Below the pieces are notes generated by a model. That model was given only the letters and a program-made list of their open reading frames with translations. It did not search any database and was not told the origin of the DNA. This document shows positions 25,599 to 38,348 of a stretch of DNA of 46,455 nucleotides, piece by piece; within the stretch, counting starts at the first letter, position 1, and each line of letters begins with the position of its first letter. The DNA is from Octopus bimaculoides (taxonomy: Eukaryota), in assembly GCF_001194135.2 (NCBI RefSeq), contig NC_068984.1, forward strand, positions 98,510,541 to 98,556,995, written 5' to 3'. Position numbers and translations under genes: made by a program.

Positions 25599-25837
25599 GT
25601 AAAGTTACTTCCTTCTTCTATTTTACATCATATATCATTCACTAAACTCTATATTATACACTATACATTCTACATTATGCAGTGTTTCATTGCTATAACA
25701 CTTCAACAGCCAACAGCAAAAGCCTGCATATTATGATTCCTTTGGTAATGTGTTTTACTCCATCCCCACAGCCATATTAATAGTATTTATAACTGGGTTC
25801 ACTCTATTCCTTTTTTTTTTGTTTACATATACTGTGA

Positions 25838-26390
25838 TGGCAGGTGGCTTAGTAGTTAGAAGTATTCTGCTCACAATCTTACTGTCATGAGTTTTATCCC
25901 TGGTGGCATATGTCCCTGAGCAACTTTATTTCATGGTGCTCCAGTCCACTCAACTTCCACTCAACGCAAAAATGAGTTGTACCTGTGAATCATTCTTATT
26001 TCTTTATTGCTCACAAGGGGCTAAACATAGAGGGGACAAACAAGGACAGACAAAGGGATTAAGTTGATTACATCGACCCCAGTGCGTAACTGGTACTTAA
26101 TTTATCAACCCCGAAAGGATGAAAGGCAAAGTCGACCTTGGCGGAATTTGAACTCAGAACATAATGGCAGACAAAATACCGTTAAGCATTTTGCCCGGCG
26201 TGTTAATGACTCTGCCAGCTCGCCAAATCATTCTGTAAAACATTATGTATCCCACTGAATCACCCTGAGAACTATGTTAAGAGTACATGTGTCTGTGGAG
26301 TGCTCAGCTACTTGCATGTTAATTTCATGAGCAGGCTGTTCTGTTGATTGGATCACTGATACACTCATTATCATAACCAATGGAGTACCA
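25838..26390 (+). mobile_element. tRNA-derived SINE family C split by a family B insertion
   Basis: Head tggcttagtagttag..gagttt at 25838-25990; body ctgagaactatg..ggagtgctcagctacttg at 26255-26390. Colinear with the - strand copy at ~7505-7682 and the piece at ~7990-8205. Confidence 0.65.
25992..26225 (-). mobile_element. SINE family B (young), nested in a family C SINE
   Basis: Reverse complement: ggcgagctggcagagtc...gagttcaaattccgccaaggtcgactttgcctttcatcctttcggggttgataaattaagtaccag. The core resembles Deu/Nin-type SINE domains (unverified). Confidence 0.88.
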
Positions 26391-26789
26391 TATTTATATA
26401 TACATATTAGAATTGGCAGAACATCTGAAAAATATCTTGTGGTATTTACTTAGGGCCCTTAGTTCTAAGGATCATNNNNNNNNNNCATCTGAAAAATATC
26501 TTGTGGTATTTACTTAGGGCCCTTAGTTCTAAGGATCATATAAATAACTGTAATATTTATATGCAGGTGGTTAATTTGATCCATTATATCTACTCTCCAC
26601 AGTATGCAATCTTCAGTCTTTGATATAAACTATCATGAACCTGCCATCACAATTTGTAACTTTATACCATTTCTACTCACAAAGTTTGAATTAACCTGAC
26701 ATTATGGTAAAATGCCCTTTCCCAAGATGCTGTGCAATGAGTCAAACTTTAGACCTGGTTTTTGTGAATATGTTAACTATCATCCATAT

Positions 26790-26834
<45 letters not shown>

Positions 26835-27523
26835 TGCATAGTTTCCACCAACAAAATTTAATGCACAATCTGTTGGTTGGTGAACCCAAGACTATTGTAG
26901 AAGAATCTTGCTGAAAGTTCCTAGGAGTGGAATTGAACATGGAACCATGTGATTGTGAGGTAAACTCTCTCTTCACAACCCAACCACATCTCCACCTACA
27001 ATTACATCCCATTACATATTAACTATAAATCCTGCCAAAGCTCACTTTTCCTTTTATATTAGGGGTGCTGAAATCTCATGTAATGAGTTCAAAGAAGCAT
27101 AAAGCATGTAAATACATATATTCATCCAAAACATAATCACCATCGTTATTTCTAATGATGGCGATTATATTTTAGATAAATATATTTATGATATGTTTTG
27201 TGCAGAGTTGAACTCATTGCAAGAAATGTTACATTATTTTTTGATACTCCAATATTTCTATGGTTTGTAAAATAAGTACGAGTCACAATCATTGGGGGAA
27301 ATATGTAGCATGAATTCCACTAGTGGAAAATTGAAGCATGTAGTTGTAGTTTGGAGAACAATAGTTGGGCAAAGATTCATGTCCTTGGCAGTTATGGGCA
27401 AAGATTCATGTCATTGGCAGTTAGGGTGGTCTTGGATTTATTAGGTTTCCTTGATTGGTGCTAGTTGGAGATTCTGTATCATGAAGATAGCATCAGCCAT
27501 ATATTTTGTATACTATATGCACA

Positions 27524-27679
27524 GGAGTGGCTATATGGTAAGTAGCTTACTTACCAACCACATGGTTCTGGTTCAGTCCCACTACATGACACCTTGGGCA
27601 AGTGTCTTCTACTATAGCCTCGGGTCAACCAAAGCTTTGTGATTGGATTTGGTAGACGGAAACAGAAAGAAACCTGTCG

Positions 27680-27710
<31 letters not shown>

Positions 27711-27905
27711 CTGTGTGTTTGTTCCCCCAACATCACTTGACAACCAATGCTGGTGTATTTACATCCCCTGTAACTTAGCAGTTCAGCAAAAGTGACCAAT
27801 AAAATAAGTACTAGGCTTACAAAGAATAAGTCCTTGGGGTGATTTTCTCGACTAAAGGCGGTGCTCCAGCATGGCCACAGTCAAATGACTAAAACAAATA
27901 AACAA
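27524..27905 (+). mobile_element. tRNA-derived SINE family A, full length
   Basis: Same layout as 19450-19940. Partial copies also at ~24060-24125, 24762-24838, 26830-26985 (-) and 45787-45935 (+). Confidence 0.88.
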
Positions 27906-28149
27906 ATATAAACATATGTATAATTCTGTTTCCTTGCCTTCCCTGCCCCATCCAGTTTTGTGTAAACACCCCCTACTCACAAATTCTAACCTGTTTTGTA
28001 ATGTCCCCCACTTCTTAAGACTTGCTGCAAATAAGAGAAATCATCATTATCATCATCATCATAATTATTATTAAGGTGACAAGCTGACTGAAGTCTTAGC
28101 ATGCCACACAAAATGGTTAGCAGCATTTCGTCCATTTTGAGTTTAAATT

Positions 28150-28372
28150 TTGCCAAGGTTCATCCTCATCATCATACGTCTGTTTTCTATGCTGGCATGG
28201 GTTGGATGGTTTGACAGAGGTCTGGAAAGCCAGCAGCTGCACCAAGCTCCTATCTGATCTGGTAATCTTTCTACAGCTGGATACCCTTCCTAATGCCAAC
28301 CACTCCGAGCATGTAGTGGGTGCTTTTTACATGCCACCGGCACAGGATCCAGTCTGGCAGGCCTGGCATTGA
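28150..28372 (-). mobile_element. RTE-associated 3' tail / SINE-like fragment
   Basis: (CAT)n-cgtctgttttctatgctggcatgggttgg... Same terminal motif as the RTE at 18662. Related pieces at ~2905-3010 (-), 35030-35262 (+), 35520-35685 (+) and 39620-39750 (+). Confidence 0.6.
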
Positions 28373-28427
28373 TTGTGTTTGGATAATGCTTTTTCCTTTT
28401 ATATTAGGGGTGCTTTTTTAAGGCTAA

Positions 28428-28462
<35 letters not shown>

Positions 28463-28639
28463 GTTTTGATTCTCACTGTTCTATTTGCGGTTGTTCTTTA
28501 CTTGAAAGCAAGCAATAACAAATTTCCAAAGGTTTCAAGTAGTGCCTTCTCCTGTGACTCAAAGAGACAATACTCTCTTTAGAATGTGAACTATACCCAA
28601 CAATGCCGTCTTCTGGATCATTTCAAGCCTGAGAATGGC

Positions 28640-28860
28640 AAGCTGACAGAACTGTTAGCATGCTGGGTGAAATGCTTAGCAACGTTTCCTCTGTCTTTAT
28701 GTCCTGAGTTCAAATTCCACTGAGGTCGACTTTGCTTTCATCCTTTCAGGGTTGATAAAATAAATACCAGTTTAAAACTGGGATTGATGTAATCGACTTA
28801 CCTCTTTCATAAAATTTCTGGCCTTGTGCCAAAATTTGAAATCATTACTATTATTATTTT
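28640..28860 (+). mobile_element. SINE family B with (ATT)n tail
   Basis: gagttcaaattccactgaggtcgactttgctttcatcctttcagggttgataaaataaataccag...ggccttgtgccaaaatttgaaa. Confidence 0.85.
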
Positions 28861-28861
28861 T

Positions 28862-31800
28862 CTCTGTTGTTTCATAGGATTGGTGTTGTGTCTGGTTTAA
28901 TTATGCTTTGTATCAAGCCACAACGAGTGCTCTAGTATGATGAGTATTTTCTCCCTTCTATATAAATGTTTTTTCTGCTCTTCATATCTGTTCTTTGTAA
29001 TGAAGACTTTCTTAATAATTCCTGCTGAACCTAGTATACATGTTTTCTAGATGGTAGGTACTTCCAGATTAAGATGAAATTTTTCAAAAATTGCCTTAAA
29101 ATACTTTGTCATTTTTCCCCAGTGTTTTTTAACCTAGTTAATTTCTCAGTTCCAGCATCTGTGGATTCCGTGTTTCAAGTTGATATAATGCAATACATTG
29201 TCTTTCCCTACTTTTCATTTTATTCTATATCACATGGATATAGTTTGTAATACATAATTTCTTCTTATCAATAACTCCAGTATCTGGTCTACTGTGTTTT
29301 CTTCATTCAGTTTGTATAAGGAAAGTCTCATAGCAACATTTCTTTATCATTTTTGAGGAATTTCGTTTCTATTCCCATAAAAAGTTTATTACTCATTTCT
29401 GCACTCAGAAAATCAAATTTCTTACAAAAATTCCATTGAAATATTTCAGCAATCATATCCAACACTTTTTGTATTCATTCTGTGCTGTGTTCATTCTGGT
29501 ACAATGTGAGCTATAGTCCCATCTGAGTCATCACATATTCTACATGTAGTTGAATAGTTCTTCTGATTTTTCATCTTCTTGATCCATTTGATCCTAAGAG
29601 CCTGTTTCTCTGCTACCAAAATTATTTCTTTGCTCTTATTCCAATACTTTTTTTTTTGTATTTTTAACTATAGCCAATGCTGTCTTTGCCCTCCCTTATC
29701 TCTCTTGTGTTTTGGGAAAACACTAAGTGAAGTTTATTTCCTTCAAAGTTTGATTTTTGTCTTTTTCAAATTTTCCTGCTTTCTGTCTTTAGGTTCCACA
29801 AATTCTGTAAATAGTTTTTTTATTTATTACTGCCTTAAGAAATGTTTTTTTCTTGTTTTGTTTTAAGGCAAAAACCTAGATTTTTTTTCTCTAGTTCTAC
29901 TATTTCTTCAACACTCATTAATACTCTTCCTTCATCTCTTTTCTGGCACCTCTCTGCATCATATTGGAGATGTACAATTTTCTGTATTGTGAGCTGCATC
30001 CTTCCTTTCCTGTTGATATCCTTCAACTCATTCTTCCTCTATTCACTACTTCCTGCTTCATATCTTATTAGTGATACTACTCTCAAGAAGATTATTCGTA
30101 TGATGTTTCCCATTCAATTTGGATTTTAAAATCTTCTTTCAGCAAAAATATTCTTTAAGGCTTCCTTCATTTCTATACTTTTGATTTTGTCATTTTCCAG
30201 TATTCCCAGTTATTCATGTTTCTTTTATCAGTAATGATTTTATATGCTTATCATCAGGTAAATCTATTCCAATGCTTTTTATGGATTTTCAGTATTTCAT
30301 TTCTATTTTAGCACGTTTCTCAATTCTGTAAGTCATCTGAACATTGTAACTAAATATTCTTACAGTTTTCACTGTGGATTTCTGTTGGTATTGTCTGCAC
30401 CATAAAACTTTATACCATCGTAAAGAGGAGATGATTTATTTTCTCTTTAATCATTACCAGTAAGCAGCTTTGTGTTTAGTATAATTGACAAAGGGATGAG
30501 TGCAATTACATAAGATAGGAGAGAAGTTCTTACCTTGAAAGATTCCTCTTCTGATCAGTATGTCTACTCATTTTTCCCCCCTTCTGATATTAACTATTCT
30601 ACATTGTATTGTATCTTATAATAGACACCAAACATTTTTTGATATCACAGCTAGATCCATGAATGTGGAAGCAAGTCACATACTTTTCAATGATTGATCC
30701 TCAGAATGCATAGATTTGCCAATCTTTGCAATTCTTCTAGAAATTCTTGTTAATCATTAATTGGTCATTCATTCCTATACTATTTTTGCCACAAACTTTT
30801 TTATTCATTAGACATTAGCTGTCCCTCATATATGTGTTGGTTTAGTTTTACAGTTATCCTGAAAATTTCCTGGCTTTGGGTAAAAGAAAAAACACAGGAG
30901 GATCAGTTAATTATGATTTTATTCAACATATTCCTCTCTCAACATATTCCACACACTTATTACAGTGGTCCTTCAGTTTTTCTAAGCCCTGTAAAAGAAC
31001 TCGGAATGTTGGGCCTCCAGCCAGGCCTTTTGCAATACCTTTAAAGCCAGGAACTTTTCAGCACCCCCTCATAATTGGTACACATGTAATTGGTCAGTAA
31101 TTTGTCTTTCAGTATTAGACAAGTTCTTTCTTTAGTTAAGCACATTGTGCTTCACTTTTAGTTACACATTCATTTACTCCTATCACTATGGTTTCATGAA
31201 GACTCATAATCTCGTTCAGTTCATAACCATGAACACAGTCTGTTCTTGTTACTTTCCACATTCCCACCTTTATTTTAAACTGCTTTTGAATATTTACTTT
31301 CATGATGATTAACATTTCTGCACCTCAACATTTTTAGTGTAATTTTCCACTTGCTTTATTCACTCTGTTTTATTATTGTGTTTGGCGTTTTTTCCTGAGT
31401 TTATCCTCCAGACAGCTTATTTTATTCAACATTCAGTCTTATGTTATCATTTCTCTCATTTCCTTCAAGAATATCAAATAAGTATGGCTGGTTTGATTGT
31501 AAAAGGATATTTCGCATATATCAGGATATTTTCCCCTTGTATTTTGTGATTTTTCCCTTTTGAGATACATTTCCTATAATTTACCTTTCTCTTCTTTCTT
31601 AAATTGACTCTGCTTGCATTTATCCAGTTTACTTATATTCTTTTTCCCTAAGGCTGCTAATCTTCATTAATATGCACCTTTTCCACCAAGGTATCTGTTG
31701 GTTTTTTTCTCCTCTTTTTTTTCTCCAACTAGTCTGCAACTATATTAACCTCTGCTACTATCAATGCCTTGGGATCTTTCATGTTTTCACGGGTAATCAT

Positions 31801-31930
31801 ATCAATTACAGTTCACTGTTGATGTTTTTCTTTAACTTTGATTCAATTCACTGTCCTCAAATTAACTGTCTCTAGGGTCTCTGATTCTCTAAATTTCTGC
31901 CTCGGTTTTTCAATTATTGTTGTTTCTGTT
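28862..31930 (-). mobile_element. Old, heavily decayed, long R4/Dong LINE (copy J) interrupted by a mariner MITE
   Basis: Remnants IPWWKR (~31690), INHLLF (~30430) and KDINRKGRMQLT..EGRVLMSVEEIVELEKK (29835-30026); (AAT)n tail at 28845-28860. Confidence 0.7.
30859..31071. mobile_element. Mariner-type MITE with a damaged left tip
   Basis: Inverted ctgaaaa(t/g)ttcctggcttt at 30859-30877 and 31043-31061; right end ccccctca|TA. Confidence 0.65.
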
Positions 31931-32800
31931 ATTTGCCTTCAACATATGCATTTACAGAGTTCTACTTAAGAGGGAAAAACTTCCAGGGTTATTGAGGGAA
32001 TTTTTTTTTTTTTTTACCAACAAAGAGCTTCAGAAAATTCAAAAGTCCATCTCATTGTTGAAGTTTAAAAGAATTGTACGTATACACATCTTTCACAAAT
32101 ATCCATTTTGTTTTGTTTATTAGTAGCTTAATATGGCCACCTTTGCAGTTATGACAGTAATGAACTAGTCCCAATGAAATATTTTTAGATACAGAAATGG
32201 TTAAAAAAAACTGGTAAAAATGACTGTTACAAGCACATTAATAGACATGAAAACAAAAGTAGTTTTAATTTGAGAAACACAGAATGGAAAAGTGGATAAA
32301 ACAAATTAAATGACAGCAATAAAAGCACTATCACCACCATCAACAACAGCCTATTTTTGCAGGCAATGTGAACTAGAATAAGATGTTAGCCAGCTCTGGG
32401 CAAAAGAAAAGCATATTAGAGACGTACCACAAAAGTGTGCGCCTCCTTGTCTAAGGATTTACTTAAGAAAATACTTAGAAGGAAAGTGACATAGCATTAT
32501 CACTGACACTTGAAATGCTGTCACCTTTATAGCTCAGTGCAGGAATATTTGGAATGAGTGATCTGCAATAATATATGGTTGGGTGGGAATTGTACAGAAC
32601 TCCAGATCCTGATGACTGCCAAAGGACCATAGGGTGATTCTGGAGCATTACCCCATTGGGGAGTGAAGAGGTAGTGGAGGAAATATGGCCTTGGTGCTTT
32701 ATGTGTAGTAGTAAAGGTCGCTTGGTGTTCTTTTATCCAGAAGAAGAAAAGAAAAAAGTTGGCAGACTGTACCAGAGACAGCAGAACATCTGGCCCTTAA

Positions 32801-33007
32801 CCCTTAAGTATTCAGATTTCTGTGTCAAATGTAATACTTATTCATTCACATTGATTTTAATTAATCATGCATTACCTTGTAGCTTTGAAATTTCAATGAC
32901 ATGATTGTTTATTTATAGAATAATATCACAGGGTAAGTATAGGAGGTCAGATCTGGCCAGTTTGAAGATTATGTTGGCTGGATATGGCTGGTTTAAATGC
33001 TGAAGGG
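32801..33007. mobile_element. piggyBac-type MITE
   Basis: TTAA|CCCTTaagtatt ... aatgctgAAGGG|TTAA; TTAA TSD at 32797-32800 and 33008-33011. Confidence 0.75.
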
Positions 33008-33139
33008 TTAAAGTGAATTCATGCTTGTTGTTGCTACTACTACCGCTGCCACTTCTGCTGCCACTGTTTCATTGTGCCACTGGTCATAGCTCTAAGGATA
33101 GCCAAAGTGGAAGCAGAAACAATCAAAATAGCTTCACAT

Positions 33140-33343
33140 TCTGTGTGAATTGTTTGCACACAAAGCAAAATACTTAGCAGCATTTCGTTTGTCTTTATGC
33201 TCTGAGTTGAAATTCTGCAGCGGTTGACTTTGCCTTTCTTCCTTTTGGGGGTCAATAAATTAAGCACCAGTGAAACACTGGGTCGTTGTAATCAACTGGT
33301 CTCCTCCCTTGAAATTTCAGGCTTTGTGCCTATAGTAGAAGGG

Positions 33344-33397
<54 letters not shown>
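33140..33397 (+). mobile_element. SINE family B with long (ATT)n tail
   Basis: Same core; tail at 33344-33397. Another partial copy at ~45150-45255 (-). Confidence 0.8.
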
Positions 33398-33950
33398 GAG
33401 TGAGAAAGCAGTGTATGCCATCACAGTGACACTGGGATAAAATATACGAAGCTCAGCATACCCATCATGACTACCTGTCTAATAAGGGTACACCAGGCAC
33501 ATGCATCACAACCATATATGCGCGACATGGTGATCTCATATCAAGATAAACAGCACATTACCTTGCAGGTGGGGCTCAGTTAGAATTTTCTTCAGATTGA
33601 GTAGCCCATTCCACTCAAAAGGTTCCTGAATAAGGGTTGTTTAAGGATGATGAACAAAGCATGTTTCCAGAGGTGAATTAGCCAGACTCCAAGTAATTCC
33701 TCTCAACACATGGCTATGATGCTCCTCCACTACTTCTGCTCATGATCAGAGATGCACATATCGTCAGCCACTAAGGGACATACTCAACTGGTCAAGGTCA
33801 TGCAACTGACAAGCAAATCTGTGGTATTGAGCAGAATATTTGCTGTAGCCTATCTTTTATACCAAGACAAAACAATGTACATAATAACACTTCTAGTCAG
33901 TTAAGATAAGAAGCCATGAGAGCCCCTGCCTGGTACAGCATCAGAGCATT
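33398..33950 (-). mobile_element. Second copy of the unclassified ~0.55-kb element
   Basis: Matches 14954-15463; (ATT)n on both sides. Confidence 0.8.
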
Positions 33951-35926
33951 TATCATTATTATTACTATTATTATTATTATTATCATAAAGATGCTAAAAT
34001 TACTAAAACTGAATGAAGTCATTAAGACACTAGATCGTGGTATGATAAGGGGAATTTTAGAATGTAGTAGTGTAGTAGAATGGAGTGGTATGGTAAAATG
34101 AAGAAGAGCAGGAGAATAGAATGGAGAGGTATATTCATCGTAGTGATATTGTAGAAGTACATTCAGTGAGGTGGTAAGTTAGTGAGGAGACATAATCACC
34201 ATAGTGATATTTACTGTGAATAGATATAATCAGTGTAGTGGTATAAACTCAGTGGTATGCCAGGAATAAAATGTCTAACTATATCGTGCTTCATCCTTCT
34301 ATATCACTTAGTTACTATGTTCTACCATAGTCGACTGAAACTGTTATGATGCCGATGCTGATCAAATAAATATATCGGCCATGATTAGGGACTGATTCAA
34401 TTGGCTACCCACCTGCTACTACAAATATTTGACCTTGTGCTATTGTTGGAAATCAATATCTATTACCTCTTTTGTTAAAACAACTGATTACCTTTCGTTC
34501 GACAATTTGCTTTCACTATCAGTCCCAGTTTCTATGGATCCTCTTTGAGAAATTTTGACTGCTTTGTCAATTTCTTTCATTACTTGTCAGATGATTTTAT
34601 TTCCTAATAAACTATTGCTGATGAACAAATGAATTGAAAGATATTCTTTCTTTGTTCAGATTGATTTTGTCTTATAATATTTTCTTAAGGTTTGTTGACT
34701 CTTGAGGAAACAGTAAAGGTTATGAACTATTTTCACATACATACATACATACATTTACACACCTATCTTATGCTCTTTTCAATTATTCATTTCCCTCTCA
34801 AACTCCCCTCCTTGGTCTACGTGCCTTAGGCTACTGTGTATTTTCCACATTTACTATGTGCAAGACATTTCATGTATCTCTGGCACTGGTTAAACAACAG
34901 AACCTGCCACTCTCCCTTTTCAGGTGAATGGTGAATAACACTACCTTCCTAGTACTGGTGTCATGAAAAGTGATTGGCAAATAAGCAGACAATGATGAGT
35001 TGTGAAGTTCTTTTAATCTAGTCTTGCTGAGAAGTCTATTCAGCCACTCTACTTTTAGTGCCACAAGAAAATGCACCCAGTACACTTTATAAAGCACTTG
35101 GTGATAGGAAGTGCACCTGGCCATAAAGACCAACTAAAATGACATGCAAGAACACTAGTCTTTAGAAGTAGTATATCTCATTAAGAAATTACTCAGACTT
35201 TGATAACTTGTCCAACCCTTGCCACCATGGAAAGTAGATTTAAACTGATGCTGGTGATGATGATATACATATAAATATACTGTTTTTGAGATAGCATATT
35301 TTACATTGATTTCACATCATTGTATCATACATTTCTATAGTGTATATTCATAAGTATGCATATGGGAGACATGCAATATAAAGGAAGCTTATATAATCAA
35401 AGGAAGCTTATATAATCAAATGTTACATTTAAAATGAAAATGAAGTGAAGCAAACCAATATGTACATATCTAATAGCAATGTAATTATAGTGTTGGTGGC
35501 ATAATAAAAGTACCCAACATACACCGTAAAGTTGTTGGAATTAGGAAGGGCATCTAATTATAGGAATTATTCCAAAGTGGATGTGGGAGCAGGGTACAGA
35601 CCTTGGACACCTCAGATCTTATTGACCTATCCAACCCATCTCAGTATGGAACATGAATGTTAAATGAGGTGATGATGATGATGATTTTATATATATATAT
35701 ATATATATATAGGTTATGAGCGATAGTGGTGTCAATTAGACCCAGAGGTTTCAGGTAATGTTGAGTAAGTGCTATAGATAGACCTCAGTTAAGCTCCAGA
35801 TTCGGTAGTTATGCGAATAAGGGGTCCAATGTAGGTCATAAATCAGTGTGTGAATATAGGATATACTTTTTGTAATGAGATAAAAAAACCAAGGCTGAGT
35901 ATAATATAGAACATTTATAAATCGAA

Positions 35927-35976
35927 TGTCTTACAGCTGTTTCCAGGATATTTATTATATCCCTTCATTGGAGACA
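35927..35976 (-). ncRNA. Hammerhead motif on the inverted arm, core G5 mutated
   Basis: Reverse complement reads tgtct-CCAATGA-a-gggatat/aataa/atatcct-g-GAAACAGCTGTA-agaca. Confidence 0.6.
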
Positions 35977-36133
35977 GTGTGAAAGGATTATTAAACAATA
36001 GTTAGTTTAGTTAAGATAGGAAATGTAGAGTGAATGTAGGGATATTGTGTTTGTAAATTACAAATACAATATCCCTACATTCACTCTATATTTCCTATCT
36101 CAACTAAACTATTGCTTAATAATCCTCTCACAC

Positions 36134-36183
36134 TGTCTCCGATGAAAGGATATAATAAATATCCTGGAAACAGCTGTAAGACA
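36134..36183 (+). ncRNA. Near-intact minimal type I hammerhead ribozyme motif
   Basis: tgtct-CCGATGA-a-aggatat/aataa/atatcct-g-GAAA-CAGCTG-TA-agaca. Stem I is 5 bp, stem II is 7 bp, stem III is the palindrome ACAGCTGT. Predicted cleavage is after GUA (36178). Confidence 0.72.
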
Positions 36184-36249
36184 TTCGATTTATAAATGTT
36201 CTATATTATACTCAGCCTTGGCTTTTTATCTCATTACGAAAAGTATATC

Positions 36250-36293
<44 letters not shown>

Positions 36294-37046
36294 NNNNNNN
36301 NNNNNNNNNNNNNNNNNNNNNNNNNNNNNNNNNNNNNNNNNNNNNNNNNNNNNNNNNNNNNNNNNNNNNNNNNNNNNNNNNNNNNNNNNNNNNNNNNNNN
36401 NNNNNNNNNNNNNNNNNNNNGTGTGTGTGTGTGTGTGTGAGGGGGTTGGTATGTGGAAGCACGTCATTGGATGTATAAGAGACAAAATAGAGTGAAAAAA
36501 ATTCTACAGAAGATTTGTGTTATATGGTTAAAGATTATATTTGAATCGTTATGTTAGAAAAATGTCAAAACATTTTGTGTATAGCATCATTGTTTTTGGA
36601 GAAATAACCGGTTTCTTTTCAAATTTCTCAAATTTCTTTACCAATATTATGTCATCTCTTCACTATGATGTGAAGTATGAGAGTTCTAGACAGGGGAAGG
36701 TAATCAGGCATTTTTTCGGTATAAGGGAGACAATCAAAAATGTTGGGAATGACTAGGTTTTATTAATTCAACATGATTTGGTTTGGAAAGAATAGAATGT
36801 TAGAAGTAATTAAGTTTTGCTTTATATTTTTTTCACTGTTAGTTTCTTATAGCAAATGTTCCTAGTACACAACCACCAAACACTCAATATATTATCATCA
36901 ATCTGTGAATATGTTTATAGAAACATCTGTAGACAAAGCTATGATCNNNNNNNNNNNNNNNNNNNNNNNNNNNNNNNNNNNNNNNNNNNNNNNNNNNNNN
37001 NNNNNNNNNNNNNNNNNNNNNNNNNNNNNNNNNNNNNNNNNNNNNN

Positions 37047-37810
37047 ATCTACCGATGAGACATGATGTTGTAGCTAGGGCACTCTATAATGAAATCTATC
37101 AGAAGGATAAGCCTGAGGACAAAGAAATGAGAACCTACAGTATGCTAGAAGCCATAGCTACTCATAATAAAAAGGAGTACTGGTGGAATGTTCCAGTGAA
37201 AACCTAAATAAAATGTAACCACAACAGACCTGATATAATGATCTGGGATAGAGAAGAGAAACTGTGCACAATTGTGGAAATTAGCTACCCAGTAGATGTT
37301 AACATAAAGCTGAAGATCAGTGAAAAAAAGAATACCTAAGCTGAACGATTGAGAATTCTGCAGTTACTCTATCAACATTACAAGTTCTAGTTTATACCTA
37401 TAATTATTGGGGCCCTGGGATATGTAACACACTGCCTAAACACCAATCTTGAGAAATTAGGCTTCTCAAAACAGAAAGGAGAAAGCTAATTCGAAGACTA
37501 CAGATCCAATCTCTTGCTGGAACTGTAAGAATTTGCAAAACTTTCCAGAAGTTTATCATTTAAATATATATGAGGATGTCTAGATATACAAGTATATGCA
37601 TGAGAAGACATACATAAAACAAAACATACAAATTTGCACATACACATACATACATACATACATACAGACATGCATACATACATACATACTTACATACATA
37701 CATACATACATACATATGTGCATACATACATACCCTGTTGTTGATGTTGAAATTTCAATGAAATCTTGAAACAAAACTGAACAATGACATACATACATAC
37801 ATACATACAT
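37047..37810 (+). mobile_element. Second-subfamily R4 LINE 3' fragment (copy K)
   Basis: RHDVVARALYN..EYWWNVPVKT*IKCNHNRPDIMIWD..IVEISYP; internal and terminal (CATA)n. Confidence 0.9.
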
Positions 37811-38307
37811 CAAAAGTTTATCATGGAATAAGTTCATATGTGCATTTGAAGATGTTCAAATATATGTATGTGTACATATACATAACATAGACATACAGCT
37901 CCACACTTGCAACAATGTGTGTGCTTGCGTAATGCTTATGTGAACACAAACACTTGCACAAGTGTGTATGTGAACACAAACATATAAACATATATATACA
38001 CATGTACTTGTTTTTTCTGTTTAGCTGCATGCATATGTATATATGTACCTATCTACAACCCAGCGTACCTATCCAGCTACATACCAACTTAAATACATGC
38101 ATGCTTACATACATACATACATACATACATGCATACTTACATACATACTTATATACATACACACATATATGTGTGTGCGTGTGTGTGTGTGTGAGTGTGT
38201 GTGTATGTATGTACATATTTATGTATATACATTTGCTCTCATATATTCATAAACGTACATGTGTACATTTATTGTACATTTATGAATCCACAAAGTATAT
38301 TTAATCA

Positions 38308-38348
<41 letters not shown>

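Larger units (their letters stand above)
35858..36251. mobile_element. About 195-bp-arm fold-back palindrome, Penelope-like pLTR type, with a hammerhead on each arm
   Basis: 35858-36056 pairs with 36058-36251 around a 1-nt centre (tttgtaa-a-ttacaaa), with few mismatches and one ~4-nt indel. (TA)n lies immediately to the right and ~145 bp to the left. Confidence 0.85.

Noticed and set aside
26422-26539. Exact 54-bp direct repeat
   Set aside because: The copies flank a 10-N gap, typical of an unmerged contig overlap.
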